63,780 nucleotides of DNA, filler included, from Octopus bimaculoides (GCF_001194135.2; 6 parts of 6 records of this genome joined end to end with filler, not necessarily neighbours in it), one strand, 5' to 3'; counted from the first letter of the whole stretch, positions 48,051-61,880 are shown. Made by a program: numbers and translations. The notes: generated by a model not told the origin, from the sequence alone.

Positions 48051-50044
48051 CGGCTCTTCTTAATGACTTTCTGAGAGAGAAAATGCATTGTTTGAGACTG
48101 GACTTGTATATAGTGACGGTGAATGATTGATCCTCTTCATAAATAAACAAGTAAATATAGAAATTGATATGTATGTGTGCGTATTTGTGTATATAGGTTT
48201 GTCTGTCACTTCATTGCTCTTTTAAACTCATTTTCACTATGGACATCAAATAACTGTATACTGTAAGTGCTTTATTTAGGTGTGAAGGCAAGGAAGTTGC
48301 CCACATTTAAGTAGGTGTTTATAGTAATGTTTAAGTCATAGGCTAATAAGTTTGAATTCGCACTCTACTGATGAGAAAATGGGGAGCAAATTAAGGGTCC
48401 ATTGATAAGCATATAATACTCGCTGCTCTTATTATCTTAGAAAGAGAGGAACAGTCAGTCCATTGAGCGCGTATAGCAGAAACACGACTTGGAGACTTCA
48501 ACCAGCATTCTCATGCTCAAAGCGCAAGAATGACCGTCATAAATCTATCCGGTTATATGCGGTCATTGAAAAGCCAAAACATCAAATATTTTATCGTCAA
48601 ATGGACAGCGTTAGAACACGGATAAATTTAACAGACTTAAGAAGATATTAAACATTTTGCGATCAGGAAGCACATCCAACTTGCTCAACCATCTCGAAAT
48701 CAAGGTTAGAAAAAAAAACATGTATTTACCGACTGAAAGCCTAGCGGAGAGTAAACTCCTCAAAATCCAAAGTATCACGAGAAAACCAGCCTCAAACTTA
48801 CATGCCGTCTATTATTCACATGTTTTGCCAACTCAACTTAAGAGTTATTCAATCTACCATCTTCTTAATATTCATCTATGCTATGAATAGAATTTCTAAT
48901 TTGTATGTATGTGTTCTCAGATATCGTTGGATGTATATCTCATTCGTACCTTCAACAGCTTAGCCCCATCCTTACATAAAATACTACAGACAGTAGTATC
49001 ATTGTTACTTCACTTGCAATATCACTGTTAACAATATTTTTATTTTCATAACCATTCGTATTTTTACAATATTTATCGACTCTTCTCATCAACGTATATC
49101 ACTCAAAATCTACTTTATGTAGTCACTCCTCATACGCATATGCAGTCTCTTTTTCCCATGTCAAATCTTTTTCTTTTTTTTTTTTGCTTGCGGAATTTTT
49201 TTTTTTTTTCACAATAATACTCAAGAGATATTCTTAGACATTTTTTTTAAAGATTAACATAAAGCCATAATGTACACAACTTCTTTACAGACATATTTTT
49301 TAAGGAAATCTTTTCGTAAAATTTCGTATCTAGAATATTTACTTTTGAGAATCACTTGAGAATTTTCTAGAACTTTCGAAGAAATGGGTCAAAATATCAG
49401 TATGATTATGACAAACAGCATCATCATTATTAGCAAAATCATTAATACTATTATACTTTGCTATCCATCATTTCTTTAATTTTCATATTTATTCATCATC
49501 TATTCGCCGCCTTTAGATTTTTACGTTTCTTACTTGCTACCTTCTAGATATCTAGATACACTTTTTCATCAGCATATATTTGTGTGTGTCTCCCTGTGTG
49601 TGTTTTGTACGGGCATGTCTGTTATAGTAAATCAGCGACGAGAAATGATATTCTTCTACTTGTTTCAGTCATTTGACTGCGGCCATGCTGGAGCACCACC
49701 TTAAAGGGCTTTAGTCGAAAAGTCCTTATATATATATATATATATATATATATNNNNNNNNNNNNNNNNNNNNNNNNNNNNNNNNNNNNNNNNNNNNNNN
49801 NNNNNNNNNNNNNNNNNNNNNNNNNNNNNNNNNNNNNNNNNNNNNNNNNNNNNNNNNNNNNNNNNNNNNNNNNNNNNNNNNNNNNNNNNNNNNNNNNNNN
49901 NNNNNNNNNNNNNNNNNNNNNNNNNNNNNNNNNNNNNNNNNNNNNNNNNNNNNNNNNNNNNNNNNNNNNNGTTATTAGAGGAATTTAGATTCATCTTTTG
50001 CTCTGAAAAACTGTTCGAATGCTTCAATTACCACTTTTCTATTT

Positions 50045-50290
50045 AAGCCCAAAATGTTTAAATAAGTGATGATCAGAAGAGGAAATATTAGGGGAATAGG
50101 GGGAATGTTGCAAAATCTCATAACTCAGACTTTGAAACTTTTGGACCGCAGCTTGGGGGGTGGGGCGTGAAGACGTATATTGTCGTGGAGCAAAATTGGG
50201 CCCTTTCTATTCATTAGTCTGGGTTGCTTCTTTTTCAAAATGTCATGCATACTATCAATTTCCTGGCAATTCGATGTTGCTGTTAGTATA
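50045..50290 (-). mobile_element. Mariner transposase fragment, same family as 37299-38193
   Basis: LKKKQPRLMNRKGPILLHDN...EILQHSPYSPNISSSDHHLFKHF; supplies part of the segment deleted in the other copy. Confidence 0.85.
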
Positions 50291-51047
50291 AGAAAAAAAG
50301 AAACTCTGGAATATTACATCCACGAATCCTGGTGATTAAGTATTCAAACATTTTAACATTTTACACATATATTTATAACATCCAGTCATTCCGCTTTCCC
50401 AAGCGAATGTTTTATACGTATACGTTTTAGTCTTCTCAAATTTATGACATTTCGAATTGAAATAGCTTCAATCACTCATGCTACAAAGATATTTTATTGG
50501 ACAACCAAGGTGGTTATGTGGAATTTATTTCAAATAGTTGATCGTTGGGGGAAGACTATTTCCATGTTTTAACCATTTCATATTTCAATCAAATAATGGA
50601 ATGTTATGGTGTGCATAATCTGTTAAATAAGAAATTAAATGACATTTTTTAACGGTTATTGAAAGACCACCTACGTAGCCGTGGCTCACTGTCAGAATGG
50701 AAAATCACTATCAATATCAAACGACATTTTAAACATGAATTGTAATTCCCTAAAGAGAGCGGTATCATTTCAAAGCAATCTAATCTGACAACAATGGCCG
50801 GAGGAGAGCCGAATTCATTTTATCAACGATAAGATTATGAAATAAAAGGCAATTATTAAAATCATTAACTGCAAGCAATGGAAATAAATGTTGATTAGGA
50901 TTGCAGGCATAAGCAGTTATTTCATATAATGTTTAATTAATTTTGTAATCCTGTTCAAATGACTAAAGTTCATTTGATTTTACAAAGAAACAATAACCTC
51001 AGTATTTTGATATAAGTTAGTAAAGTTTAGAATAGGCAAAGGAACGT

Positions 51048-51170
51048 GAGCGTGGCTATGTGGTAAGTAGCTTCCGGGTTCAGTCCTACGCACTTCGGCA
51101 AGTGTCTTTTATTATAACCTCAGGTCGACCAAAGCCTTGTGAGTGGATTTGGTAGAGGCAAACGTGGTAA

Positions 51171-51202
<32 letters not shown>

Positions 51203-51425
51203 GCACGCGTGCGTGTGTGTGTATGTGTGTTTGTCCTCATTCCACCGCTCGACAACCCGTGCTAATGTATTTACGACCCCCATAAATTAGCGGTTCGGCA
51301 AAAGACCGATAGAATATTACCAGGTCTTAAAAAGGTACTGGGGTCGATTCATTCGATTAAAAGTTCTTCAAGGCGGTGCCCCAGCATGGTCGTATTCCAA
51401 TGACAGAAACAAGTAACAGATAAAC
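51048..51425 (+). mobile_element. SINE family B, full length
   Basis: gagcgtggctatgtggtaag...ggtgccccagcatggtcg. Confidence 0.9.
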
Positions 51426-51564
51426 GTTAAACGGAACACACTTCCCATTCGAGCGTATAATTGAATAAAAAGAAGTATTTAACACAATCACAGCAGACAT
51501 CAAAATCTATACAGAATCAAGCATAATGTTGCGTGTTACTGAACTGCACCAGGAAGGCAGCCAG

Positions 51565-51765
51565 CTGACAGATTGTTACAGCATCGAAAAAGACTTTACG
51601 CTGCTTCTATTGACACTTAGTTCAAAGGTGGAGATGAACTTTGATTTTCATCCTTTTGGAGTTGATAAACAAAGGTACCAGCCACATACCGGAGTGGATA
51701 ATACTGACTAAGCTCCTTCGCCACAAAATTGCCAGCTGTTTGTCTTAAATTAGAAACCGATATTA
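51565..51765 (+). mobile_element. SINE family A, degenerate
   Basis: ttcatccttttggagttgataaac core. Confidence 0.6.
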
Positions 51766-52157
51766 AGTCACGCCACTTTAAGTGCTTCATACAAATTCTA
51801 CCGAGATCATTTTTGCTCTCCATCATTTCGTGTTAATAAATTAATTACAGTAAACAACTAAGCTATAATCCAGGGTTTCTATATATATTTGTGTCAGAAT
51901 TTTATTGCAATCTGTAGTATTAAACATATGAATCACACAGAGAAATTGTATTGTCCTGCAGATATTTTTGTGAATATATATCTATTGCCCTTTTATCTCT
52001 AGTAATATTTTTCACTTGGACATAACTGATATTGGTTATTTATAATTGACCAACATAATTTCTCCAAATAACTATTCTAACTCAATTAGACCAACAATTT
52101 TGAGGGGAGAGGGATATGTCGGTTACATCATCCCCAGTACTTCATTGGTTTTCTTTC

Positions 52158-52238
52158 TATCTTCTTCTTCTTCTTCTTCTTCTTCTTCTTCTTCTTCTTC
52201 TTCTTCTTCTTCTTCTTCTTCTTCTTCTCCTTCTTCTC

Positions 52239-52273
<35 letters not shown>

Positions 52274-52349
52274 TATTATTTTTATTTTTATTATTATTAT
52301 TATTGTTGTTGTTGTTGTTGTTGTTGTTATTATTATTATTATTATTGTT
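52158..52349. repeat. Compound (TTC)n-(ATT)n-(GTT)n-(ATT)n microsatellite
   Basis: Direct reading. Confidence 0.95.
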
Positions 52350-52835
52350 TTTTTCTTCTTTATTCAACTTTTCTTCCATTTCTCGCCGAGTGTTTTCCGT
52401 GCACCTAGAGTAGAGAAGCTAATTGTATGCATTCCCAGTTTACACACGCAAATTCACAGGTAAAATATGTATTTAAAAAAATTAATAAATAAATAAATAA
52501 ATTCATGAATGGATGTTATTTTCACAGCGATAATGCTCTTCTCAGTACATGAGTCGTTCCAGTTAACACGACTTTTTGCACTTCCTGTAGGGATGGTAAG
52601 CCTGGTATCATTTTCAAATAGGTCTCAGTAACTTTTTTTATCATTCCTAGAGATCCTACAATCACTGCTACGGTAGTCGCCTTGAGATGCCACATTTTTC
52701 AATTTCTTTTAGCAAGTCTTTATATTTACTGATCTTGTCAAATTCTTTCGCCGCTATATTATGATCGCAAGGAATACTCATATCAATTAATAAACACATT
52801 TTCTTTGATCATTTATAATAATATCCGGTTTACTA
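52350..52835 (-). mobile_element. R4/Dong-clade retrotransposon 3' end, third family (R4-c)
   Basis: IKASKPDIIINDQ/MCLLIDMSIPCDHNIAAKEFDKISKYKDLL/WHLKATTVAVIVGSLG...VQKVVLTGTTHVLRRALSL* (stop 52522-24), two frameshifts, 3' UTR into (AAT)n. Confidence 0.85.
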
Positions 52836-53467
52836 GCTTTTATAGAAAGCCCAGTATACTCATCATGCCTACTCGTCTAATAAGGGTACACTATGCACAT
52901 GCATCACAATCATATGTGCGCGATATGGTGATCTCATATCAAGATAAACAGCGTGTGACCTTGTAGGTGGGGCCCAGTTAGAATTTTCTTCAAGTCGAGT
53001 AGCCCATCCTGCTCAAAACGTCCCTAAATAAGGTTTGTTTAAGGATGATGAACAAAACACCCATGCTTCCAGAGATGAATTGTTCAAACCTCAAAGAATT
53101 CCTCTCAACACATGGCTACGATGCTCCCCTACACCTTCTGCTCGTGATCAGAGATGCAAATATTGTCAGCCAACAATATCAACGAAAATTGTTGAAACTC
53201 TTGCAGACATTCCTCTAGAATAGCTTCAGTCGAATGACAGAAACCAATATAATAATTAAAGTCGGCCCATCCAAAATATTTACGCACAATGTTATTATGA
53301 TACTTATATTCTGTCATTGTTATATTTCGTAAATTAAGCAGTGTAATAACTTGTAATGATTTAATTTGAACGTTAATTGTCATTTTTCGTGATAAGCTGT
53401 TTCTCTCCACGTCCTGATGTCATAATGCAGATGAGGCAAGTTGGATCTCAATAATAAACTGAAAATA

Positions 53468-53680
53468 CGGCAGCGAGCTGGCAGAAACATTAGCACACCG
53501 GGCAAAATGCTTAGTGGTGTTTCGTCGGTTTTTATGCCGAGGTCGACTATGTCTTTCATCCTTTCAGGGTCAATAAATTAAGTACCAGTTGCATACTGAA
53601 GTCGATCTTAATCAACTGCCTCCCCCCCCCCTAAAAAAAAATTCGAGCCTTGTTCCTAGAGCAGAGAAGAATAATGAACT
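53468..53680 (+). mobile_element. SINE family A
   Basis: ggcagcgagctggcagaaacattagcacaccgggc, family A core. Confidence 0.85.
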
Positions 53681-54182
53681 GAAAATTTTCTATTCTTTAG
53701 TTCATATGATACGTATTTCATTCAACTAGAAACTGCCGCAATTTCTTGGAGGAAAATTATCAAAAATGACTTGTGGTATTTAATGATGTTACATCATTTC
53801 ACAAACACAAGCTCGCTGTGGTCAACTTTGTCTTTCATTCTATCAGTGTTGATAAAATAATTACTAGTGAAGGAGTTGGTTAGACGTAATATATTACATT
53901 CTTTTCTCAAACTATCCAGCATTGTGTCAGACGTAAAAATCAATATTTTGTCTAGAAATGAAGTGGTGTATATAAAACGGTTAAAAACAAGAAAAACAAA
54001 ATATTTAATCTCCTTCTGATTTTTCAAATGATTCCGACGTCAACTTAGTCTTTCATATAATCATATCTTCAACTTAATTCAATCAACTATGATATCGTGT
54101 CAATATTTGTGGCTTTATACATCTCATACAGATGCTAAAAATGTATGGTAGAGAATATATGAATGTATGTGTACATACATAC

Positions 54183-54219
<37 letters not shown>

Positions 54220-55399
54220 CGTGTGTGTATGTATTTTTATTATGGTAGTTTTTACTTTAAGAGTCCCTCCTAGCGTGAGGCATTTATGTATAGTACAGCC
54301 CTTAATATGAATAAATATATTTATAGGGAATATGAGGTTTTTCACGCTAACTACTTGATAAATTCTTATAAAGATTTGATCTTATATTTAAATTATATAT
54401 ATATATATATACACACACACACGGGTGTGTGATTGAGTGTGTGTGTGTGCGTGTGTGTGTGTGTAGGTGTGTGTGTGTAAACTTTATCACATGTACTTCT
54501 AACTTTGACACTGTATTTTATAAGAAAATGCGACAAAACTACGGCCTTGGGGAAATTAACTAATACAAATACGTTACCAGTCATCAATATAGGCGCGTTA
54601 TTTTCACAACGATTTTCTCAATAATTTAAGTTGATTTACACCTTTCCAACAACAAAAATCGTTTGAAGATATCTTGAAATAGCAATTTTAGTTTTCTAGA
54701 ACCACATCTTTTGCATTAATTTTCTAGTTTCTCTTCCAATCAATATCAATGATTTTCATACACAAGATTATTTTTATAAATACATCTATTACATAGAAAT
54801 ATTTTTACGCTGGGGGATTAAAAAAATTACATTATTATTTTATTATATTCATTTACTCCCAACTGTTTCAAAATTCTATTTCCCAGAGGTATATAAAATA
54901 TTTTCCAAACACAAACACACACAGATTATATATATATATATACANNNNNNNNNNNNNNNNNNNNNNNNNNNNNNNNNNNNNNNNNNNNNNNNNNNNNNNN
55001 NNNNNNNNNNNNNNNNNNNNNNNNNNNNNNNNNNNNNNNNNNNNNNNNNNNNNNNNNNNNNNNNNNNNNNNNNNNNNNNNNNNNNNNNNNNNNNNNNNNN
55101 NNNNNNNNNNNNNNNNNNNNNNNNNNNNNNNNNNNNNNNNNNNNNNNNNNNNNNNNNNNNNNNNNNNNNNNNNNNNNNNNNNNNNNNNNNNNNNNNNNNN
55201 NNNNNNNNNNNNNNNNNNNNNNNNNNNNNNNNNNNNNNNNNNNNNNNNNNNNNNNNNNNNNNNNNNNNNNNNNNNNNNNNNNNNNTATATACACATGCAC
55301 TCACATATATATATATACAAACACATACACTACACACACACATATATATACATACACACATATTTGTATATATTTATATATATATATATACATCATGTA

Positions 55400-55800
55400 T
55401 GTGGGCTAAGTAGCTTGTTTCCCAATCACATGATACCTGGTTCATTCTCACTGCGTGGCACCTTGGGTTAGTTTTTTGTTGCTATAGCCTCCGACAAGCC
55501 AAAGCCTTGCGAGGGGATTTGATAGACTTGACGGAAACTGAAAGAAGCCTGCAGTATATTTGTATATGTATTATCTATTTTCTGTGTGCCTTGTGCCTGT
55601 ATTTGTCGTCACCACATCTTGACAACTGGTATTGATGTACTTACGTCCCCGTAACTTGGCGGTTCGGCAAAAGAACCGATAGTATAAGTACCAAGCTTAA
55701 GCAAGGCAAGTTCTGGGGTCAATTTGTTCAACTAAAAACCTTCGAGGCGATGCCCTAGCATGGCCGCACTCAAATGATTGAAACATGAAAGATAAAAGGT
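55400..55800 (+). mobile_element. SINE family B, full length
   Basis: Head, body and tail all recognisable. Confidence 0.85.
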
Positions 55801-55885
55801 GTGTATGTATGCGTGCGCGCAGGTGTGTGTGTGTGTGACAATTCAAATAAATAAGGAGAATTTTACTGCACAGTTTTTATTACAG

Positions 55886-56068
55886 TATATTCTCTTAAAC
55901 CTCTGTCCGACAGACGTTCAAACATTAATATTCAAACATTAACATTGACAAAGCCTTGACCAGGATGAAATCTGAATGGAAATGAACCAGTAAGATGTAA
56001 AGAAGCACCACATAAGAAAATATCCATGCGGTAGAAACATGTCGGACAGAGGTTTAAAGAGAGTATAT
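55886..56068. mobile_element. MITE with TA-flanked TIRs (Tc1/mariner-type)
   Basis: Perfect 17-bp core TAAACCTCTGTCCGACA / TGTCGGACAGAGGTTTA, extending imperfectly to ~28 bp. Confidence 0.8.
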
Positions 56069-56159
56069 ATGTAGTCCTTAGTGGCTAAATAAGAATTAAA
56101 TTTCTTGCCGAACAGCCACACAGATCATTTGTTTTTAGTGATCAAATGTTTGTGTTCGC

Positions 56160-56347
56160 ATAAGCTTACTCTCTCCATAAAATCGACATTACCTGTACAG
56201 GTGCACTGTATGCCACATGTCAGATGACGAAATGATCGCAGAGCAACGTGAAATGAAGTGCTTTGCTCAAGAACACAACGCAACACCCGATCTGGAATCG
56301 AAACAACGATCTCACAATTACCCTAACCACTAAACCATGCGCCTTCA
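56160..56347 (-). mobile_element. tRNA-derived SINE related to the head of 35405-35737
   Basis: GCGCATGGTTTAGTGGTTAGGG...GTTTCGATTCC, gtgttcttgagcaaagcacttcatttcacgttgctc. Confidence 0.7.
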
Positions 56348-56519
56348 TACACACACAAACACACACATACTGTGATAGAGTACGAAGAAGTGTGAGGTAG
56401 AAGGAGAAAGAGAGTGAGAGAGAGGGACTTCTTTCTTTATTCATATAAATATGCAAAATGATAAACACCAGTTGAAAACGCAAATAAAATTGAAAAAGAG
56501 ATCAGTGTGAGTCAAGGAG

Positions 56520-56586
<67 letters not shown>

Positions 56587-58289
56587 NNNNNNNNNNNNNN
56601 NNNNNNNNNNNNNNNNNNNNNNNNNNNNNNNNNNNNNNNNNNNNNNNNNNNNNNNNNNNNNNNNNNNNNNNNNNNNNNNNNNNNNNNNNNNNNNNNNNNN
56701 NNNNNNNNNNNNNNNNNNNNNNNNNNNNNNNNNNNNNNNNNNNNNNNNNNNNNNNNNNNNNNNNNNNNNNNNNNNNNNNNNNNNNNNNNNNNNNNNNNNN
56801 NNNNNNNNNNNNNNNNNNNNNNNNNNNNNNNNNNNNNNNNNNNNNNNNNNNNNNNNNNNNNNNNNNNNNNNNNNNNNNNNNNNNNNNNNNNNNNNNNNNN
56901 NNNNNNNNNNNNNNNNNNNNNNNNNNNNNNNNNNNNNNNNNNNNNNNNNNNNNNNNNNNNNNNNNNNNNNNNNNNNNNNNNNNNNNNNNNNNNNNNNNNN
57001 NNNNNNNNNNNNNNNNNNNNNNNNNNNNNNNNNNNNNNNNNNNNNNNNNNNNNNNNNNNNNNNNNNNNNNNNNNNNNNNNNNNNNNNNNNNNNNNNNNNN
57101 NNTATGTATGTATATCGAACAAACTACGGAAAAATACCTTCAAAGGGGTGTGTAAAACATCCGATTCACTGGTACGTCAGTTGAATGTCACATGAATAGG
57201 GTTATAATGCAAATTACAAGCAATAAATTAAATAGAGAGATTCAGTCGATAATCCAAAAATTTATTTATATTATAATATAACATAATATACTATGAATAT
57301 AAGGTAATATGACATTAGATAAATCATTAAAAATCAAAAGAGCCTAAAATTTGTTTCAACTTATATACATTATTTGATTTATAAACAATTCATATCCATT
57401 TATATGAATCTTCAGACGGAATTCCGTGTGAAAGGACGGCTGGATTGTAAAAAAAATTAATTCAAATATCTATGTGCGCATTAACTTTTCAACTACATAA
57501 CAATTACATTAAAAAACAAAATTATAACGGACAAAATAATTAAGTAAATAGAATCTACAACTATCGAAATATATTTCTATATATCTCAGATAATATTAAT
57601 CCAAATTCGTTTAGGTCGAAAACAATCTTTGGTTATTATAATAACATACACCAGCAATATATAAGTATATAAATTAAGTATCAGGGTCTTAATCTAGAGC
57701 CTGTAATAAAACGTGTAAAGAAACATAAAAGATAATATGGTATTATATTGGTAACAACTCTTCTTTTTATTTAAACATTAGGGTTGGGTTTAGAGTTATA
57801 AAACAAAGTTGTTTAAAATGACTAACAAAAAATATTCTTTATTTACTTTGTTCCTAATGTATTTAATATATCATAATATTAATTCATCCTTATAATATCT
57901 TATTGTATTTTTATACACACTCAAACTCTTTTGAGTTTTAGCGCTCGCAGTTTCAACAGTTTGTTTCCCCTCATGAGAAAACGGGAAGCACGCTAACTCT
58001 TTAACCCGGAGTAAATTGCAGTTTCCCCTGAAGTGAAACGAAACCTCATTGGTTAAGTCTCGAAATCATATGTTAGGGTCTTATGAAATTATTTTATTCT
58101 GCAAGTTTTTTTCTCGTTGCAGAAAGATGTTGCCGCACCCAGTCATTTGAACATCTCATGTGGTTGGTTATTTTGCATGGTTATTCAAGTTATATATTTA
58201 GCCCTTAATTCTAGCATCTGCAGCTGTTATTTGCACCGAAGACAGTAGGTGGAGAAAGGAAAAACGCCGACACCCTAGGATAAAGACGT

Positions 58290-58848
58290 TCTTCAACCAC
58301 TGAGGTGTTCTTATTTGTTTGGTGAGATATGAAATGTTTAGTCCACATTAAAGTTTTTAGCCCAAAACAAACGATAACAAAGGATTTATTCTGCGAGCAG
58401 CTAGAGCGGCTTAAGGCAGTTCTAGAAGAAAAACGACCATTTTTGGTTTCAAGTCAAAAGGTGTTCTTCCATCAGGATAATGCTCGGCCACATGCCGCGA
58501 GGATGGCATTCTAAAGGTTAAATCAGTTTCAATGGGAAACGATGCCTCACCCACCATATTCGCCAGACATTGCTCCATCTGGTTATTATTTATTCCGCAG
58601 TCTTCAAAATTATTTGGACAGAAAAAATATGAATTCTGTAGACGAGTTCAGAACAGTACTCGAGGAGTATTTTTTGTCACGGACAAGTTAATTTTGGAAG
58701 AGGGGCCTTGCAAGTCTACCAGATAGATGGAAGAGCATTGTAGAAAATTAAGTAGAGTATATTTTAGATCTAAAAATATCTTTGTTTATCTTAATTTTGA
58801 AAAATAAAAGAAGTATAAAAAACCCACATTATTTATGGGATGACCCAA
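58290..58848 (+). mobile_element. Mariner transposon 3' half with right TIR
   Basis: VFFHQDNARPHAA...HPPYSPDIAPSGYYLFRSLQN...GLASLPDRW; ends gggatgacccaa|ta. Confidence 0.9.
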
Positions 58849-58864
58849 TATACTATATATATAG

Positions 58865-59125
58865 GTGCCGGCGTGACTGTGTGATAAGAAACTTACGTCT
58901 TAACCACATGGTTGTGGGTTCAGTCCCACTACGTGGCACCTTGGGAAAGTCTCTTCTGGTATAGCCTCGGGTGGACCAAAGACTTGTGAGTGGATTCGGT
59001 AGATGGAAACTGAATGAAGCCTGTCATATACATACATGCATGTGTATGCGTATGTCTTGCTGTGTTTACGTCAAGTCGGTGCCCCAGCATGGCCGCGATT
59101 AATCAATTGAAATAAGTAAAAGAAA
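58865..59125 (+). mobile_element. SINE family B, internally deleted
   Basis: Head to body, then a jump to ggtgccccagcatggccgc. Confidence 0.8.
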
Positions 59126-61065
59126 AGATAAAGGATACACACACACACACACGCACACATACATACATACACACATACATAGATACATACATACATATAT
59201 ATGTGAACCAAGCTCATGAATATCNNNNNNNNNNNNNNNNNNNNNNNNNNNNNNNNNNNNNNNNNNNNNNNNNNNNNNNNNNNNNNNNNNNNNNNNNNNN
59301 NNNNNNNNNNNNNNNNNNNNNNNNNNNNNNNNNNNNNNNNNNNNNNNNNNNNNNNNNNNNNNNNNNNNNNNNNNNNNNNNNNNNNNNNNNNNNNNNNNNN
59401 NNNNNNNNNNNNNNNNNNNNNNNNNNNNNNNNNNNNNNNNNNNNNNNNNNNNNNNNNNNNNNNNNNNNNNNNNNNNNNNNNNNNNNNNNNNNNNNNNNNN
59501 NNNNNNNNNNNNNNNNNNNNNNNNNNNNNNNNNNNNNNNNNNNNNNNNNNNNNNNNNNNNNNNNNNNNNNNNNNNNNNNNNNNNNNNNNNNNNNNNNNNN
59601 NNNNNNNNNNNNNNNNNNNNNNNNNNNNNNNNNNNNNNNNNNNNNNNNNNNNNNNNNNNNNNNNNNNNNNNNNNNNNNNNNNNNNNNNNNNNNNNNNNNN
59701 NNNNNNNNNNNNNNNNNNNNNNNNNNNNNNNNNNNNNNNNNNNNNNNNNNNNNNNNNNNNNNNNNNNNNNNNNNNNNNNNNNNNNNNNNNNNNNNNNNNN
59801 NNNNNNNNNNNNNNNNNNNNNNNNNNNNNNNNNNNNNNNNNNNNNNNNNNNNNNNNNNNNNNNNNNNNNNNNAAGAAAAGATAAAGGATACACACACACA
59901 CACACGCACACATACATACATACATACATACATAGATACATACATACATATATATGTGAACCAAGCTCATGAATATCAACGTCTTCGACAAGAGACGGAG
60001 ACAACTTTGCTCTCTAATGTAAATCGTTACTATGACCAGAGATATGCATTGGACTTGTAAATAATATGTTCTACATTTACTAATTGAATTTAGCCAGTAG
60101 AAGTATAGGATAGCGCCGACTTTACTTGTATTTCAAATCAACATTAATCGGACGGTCGATTCACGGGTAAGTCCGCATTTCGTTCATAACAATCAACTCT
60201 TAATATCGACATTTTCGTGAAAAATATATGGTTATTGCAACTGTACATGAAGTAAGTTCGCAAATCATGTTTTCTGTGTGATATTTGCTAACAAATGTTT
60301 ATTCTCAAGACACCGATCGTCAATACATCGTCATGAAAATAGGCGTTTTTCTTATAGAGAACGAGTACGCCATTCAACCTGCTACTATTTTAAAAGCATT
60401 ATTTTCAGTTCGATGGAAAAGCCACGCACACACACGCACATACACACACACACACACACACACAAACACATACACACACACACTCACACACAAAATAGAC
60501 TGAGAAGCTGATATTCAAGTCAATTATTAACAAAGTACTCCTTGGAGCAATTACATTGATTGTATTACATTCTAGTTATATAACGTCTGTCTGTGTGATG
60601 AAAATCAACACTGTTCTATATACATAAATATATACATATATANNNNNNNNNNNNNNNNNNNNNNNNNNNNNNNNNNNNNNNNNNNNTTAATTAATTAANN
60701 NNNNNNNNNNNNNNNNNNNNNNNNNNNNNNNNNNNNNNNNNNAAGTACTTGTATCCATATTTTTTCTTCCCATGGTGCATCCAGCGTTTCTTTCCGTTTC
60801 AGTTTTACACTTGAAGACATATGTCATAGCCTCGAGTCATTTATAATTATTTATAATTATTCGTTGAGCACTCTCAGCGAAGATATGCATGCATGCATGC
60901 ATGTGTGTATGCGATAAATGCATGCATGGATGGATGCATGCATGCATGTATGTAGGTATGTCGTTATTAAGTTTTATTTCAAGATTTCATGCCAATAGAG
61001 AAGGAGTAGGTTTCTAACCTAGATCCAAGGCTCCTTCATTGGAATTTCAATATTAACAACAGGAT

Positions 61066-61285
61066 AAGCGGCGAGCTGGCAGAAACGTTAGCACGCCGGG
61101 TGAAATGCTTAGCGGTATTTCATCTGCCGTTACGTTCTGAGTTCAAATTCCGCTGAGGTTGACTTTGCCTTTCATCCTTTCGGGGGCGATAAATTAAGTA
61201 TCAGTTTTATACTGGGGTTGATCTAATCGACTGGCCCCACCTCCCCCAACATTTCGGGCCTTGTGCCTAGAGTAGAAAAAAATAT
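61066..61285 (+). mobile_element. SINE family A, well conserved
   Basis: taagcggcgagctggcagaaacgttagcacgccggg...ttgtgcctagagtagaaa. Confidence 0.9.
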
Positions 61286-61494
61286 TAACTGCAGGGTATT
61301 TTTGCATGCATGCATGTATGTATGTATGTATGTATGTATGTATGTATGGTTGTGCGTTCGCAGTGAGGCGACTTTAACGCAGACTTGTACTCCCGGAGGT
61401 GAGTCTCTTAGGTGCACCCACGGTCATTCGTGACGGACGGAGTCGAGTTTTTTTTAATGTGTGTATGTATGTATGTTTGTATGTATGTATGTAT

Positions 61495-61880
61495 GGAGAC
61501 GCAATGGCCCATTGGTTAGGGCAGCGGACTCGCGGTCATAGGATCGCGGTTTCGATTCCCAGACCGGGCATTGTGAGTGTTTATTGAGCGAAAACACCTA
61601 AAGCTCCACGAGATTCCGGCAGGTGATGGTGGCGAACCCTGCCGTACCCTTCCACCACAACTTTCTCTCACTCTGACTTCCTGTTTCTGTTGTGCTTGTA
61701 ATTCAAAGGGCCAGCCTTGTCACACTGTGTCACGCTGAATCTCCCCGAGAACTACGTTAAGGGTACACGTGTCTGTGGAGTGCTCAGCCACTTTCACGTT
61801 AATTTCACGAGCAGGCTGTTCCGTTGATCGGATCAACTGGAACCCTCGACGTCGTAGGCGACGGAGTGCCAACAACAACA
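61495..61880 (+). mobile_element. SINE family C, full length
   Basis: GGAGACGCAATGGCCCATTGGTTAGGGCAGCGGACTCGCGG...GTTTCGATTCC head; (caa)n tail; embedded in (TATG)n. Confidence 0.9.

Noticed and set aside
48657-48720. SGSTSNLLNHL, BED-finger-like
   Set aside because: No upstream Cys pair in frame and no other hAT transposase motifs
57940-58080. CCC-CTGAAGT...TCTC-GAAAT-CATATG..AGGG and CTCATGA...GAAAC, hammerhead-like
   Set aside because: Core substitutions and poor stems II and III; within chance for AT-rich DNA
59105-59966. About 95-120 bp direct repeat on both sides of a gap (also 3455-3545 and 13890-13960)
   Set aside because: Duplicated contig ends across gaps; most likely unmerged overlaps
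60150-60175. Strong splice donor GG|GTAAGT
   Set aside because: Upstream frame tested has a stop, no convincing acceptor; a single donor motif is expected by chance
60960-61045. Possible very short R4-like 3' end (gaaataaaact on the minus strand)
   Set aside because: Only a 10-nt resemblance to the R4-a end, with no coding remnant or (AAT)n tail
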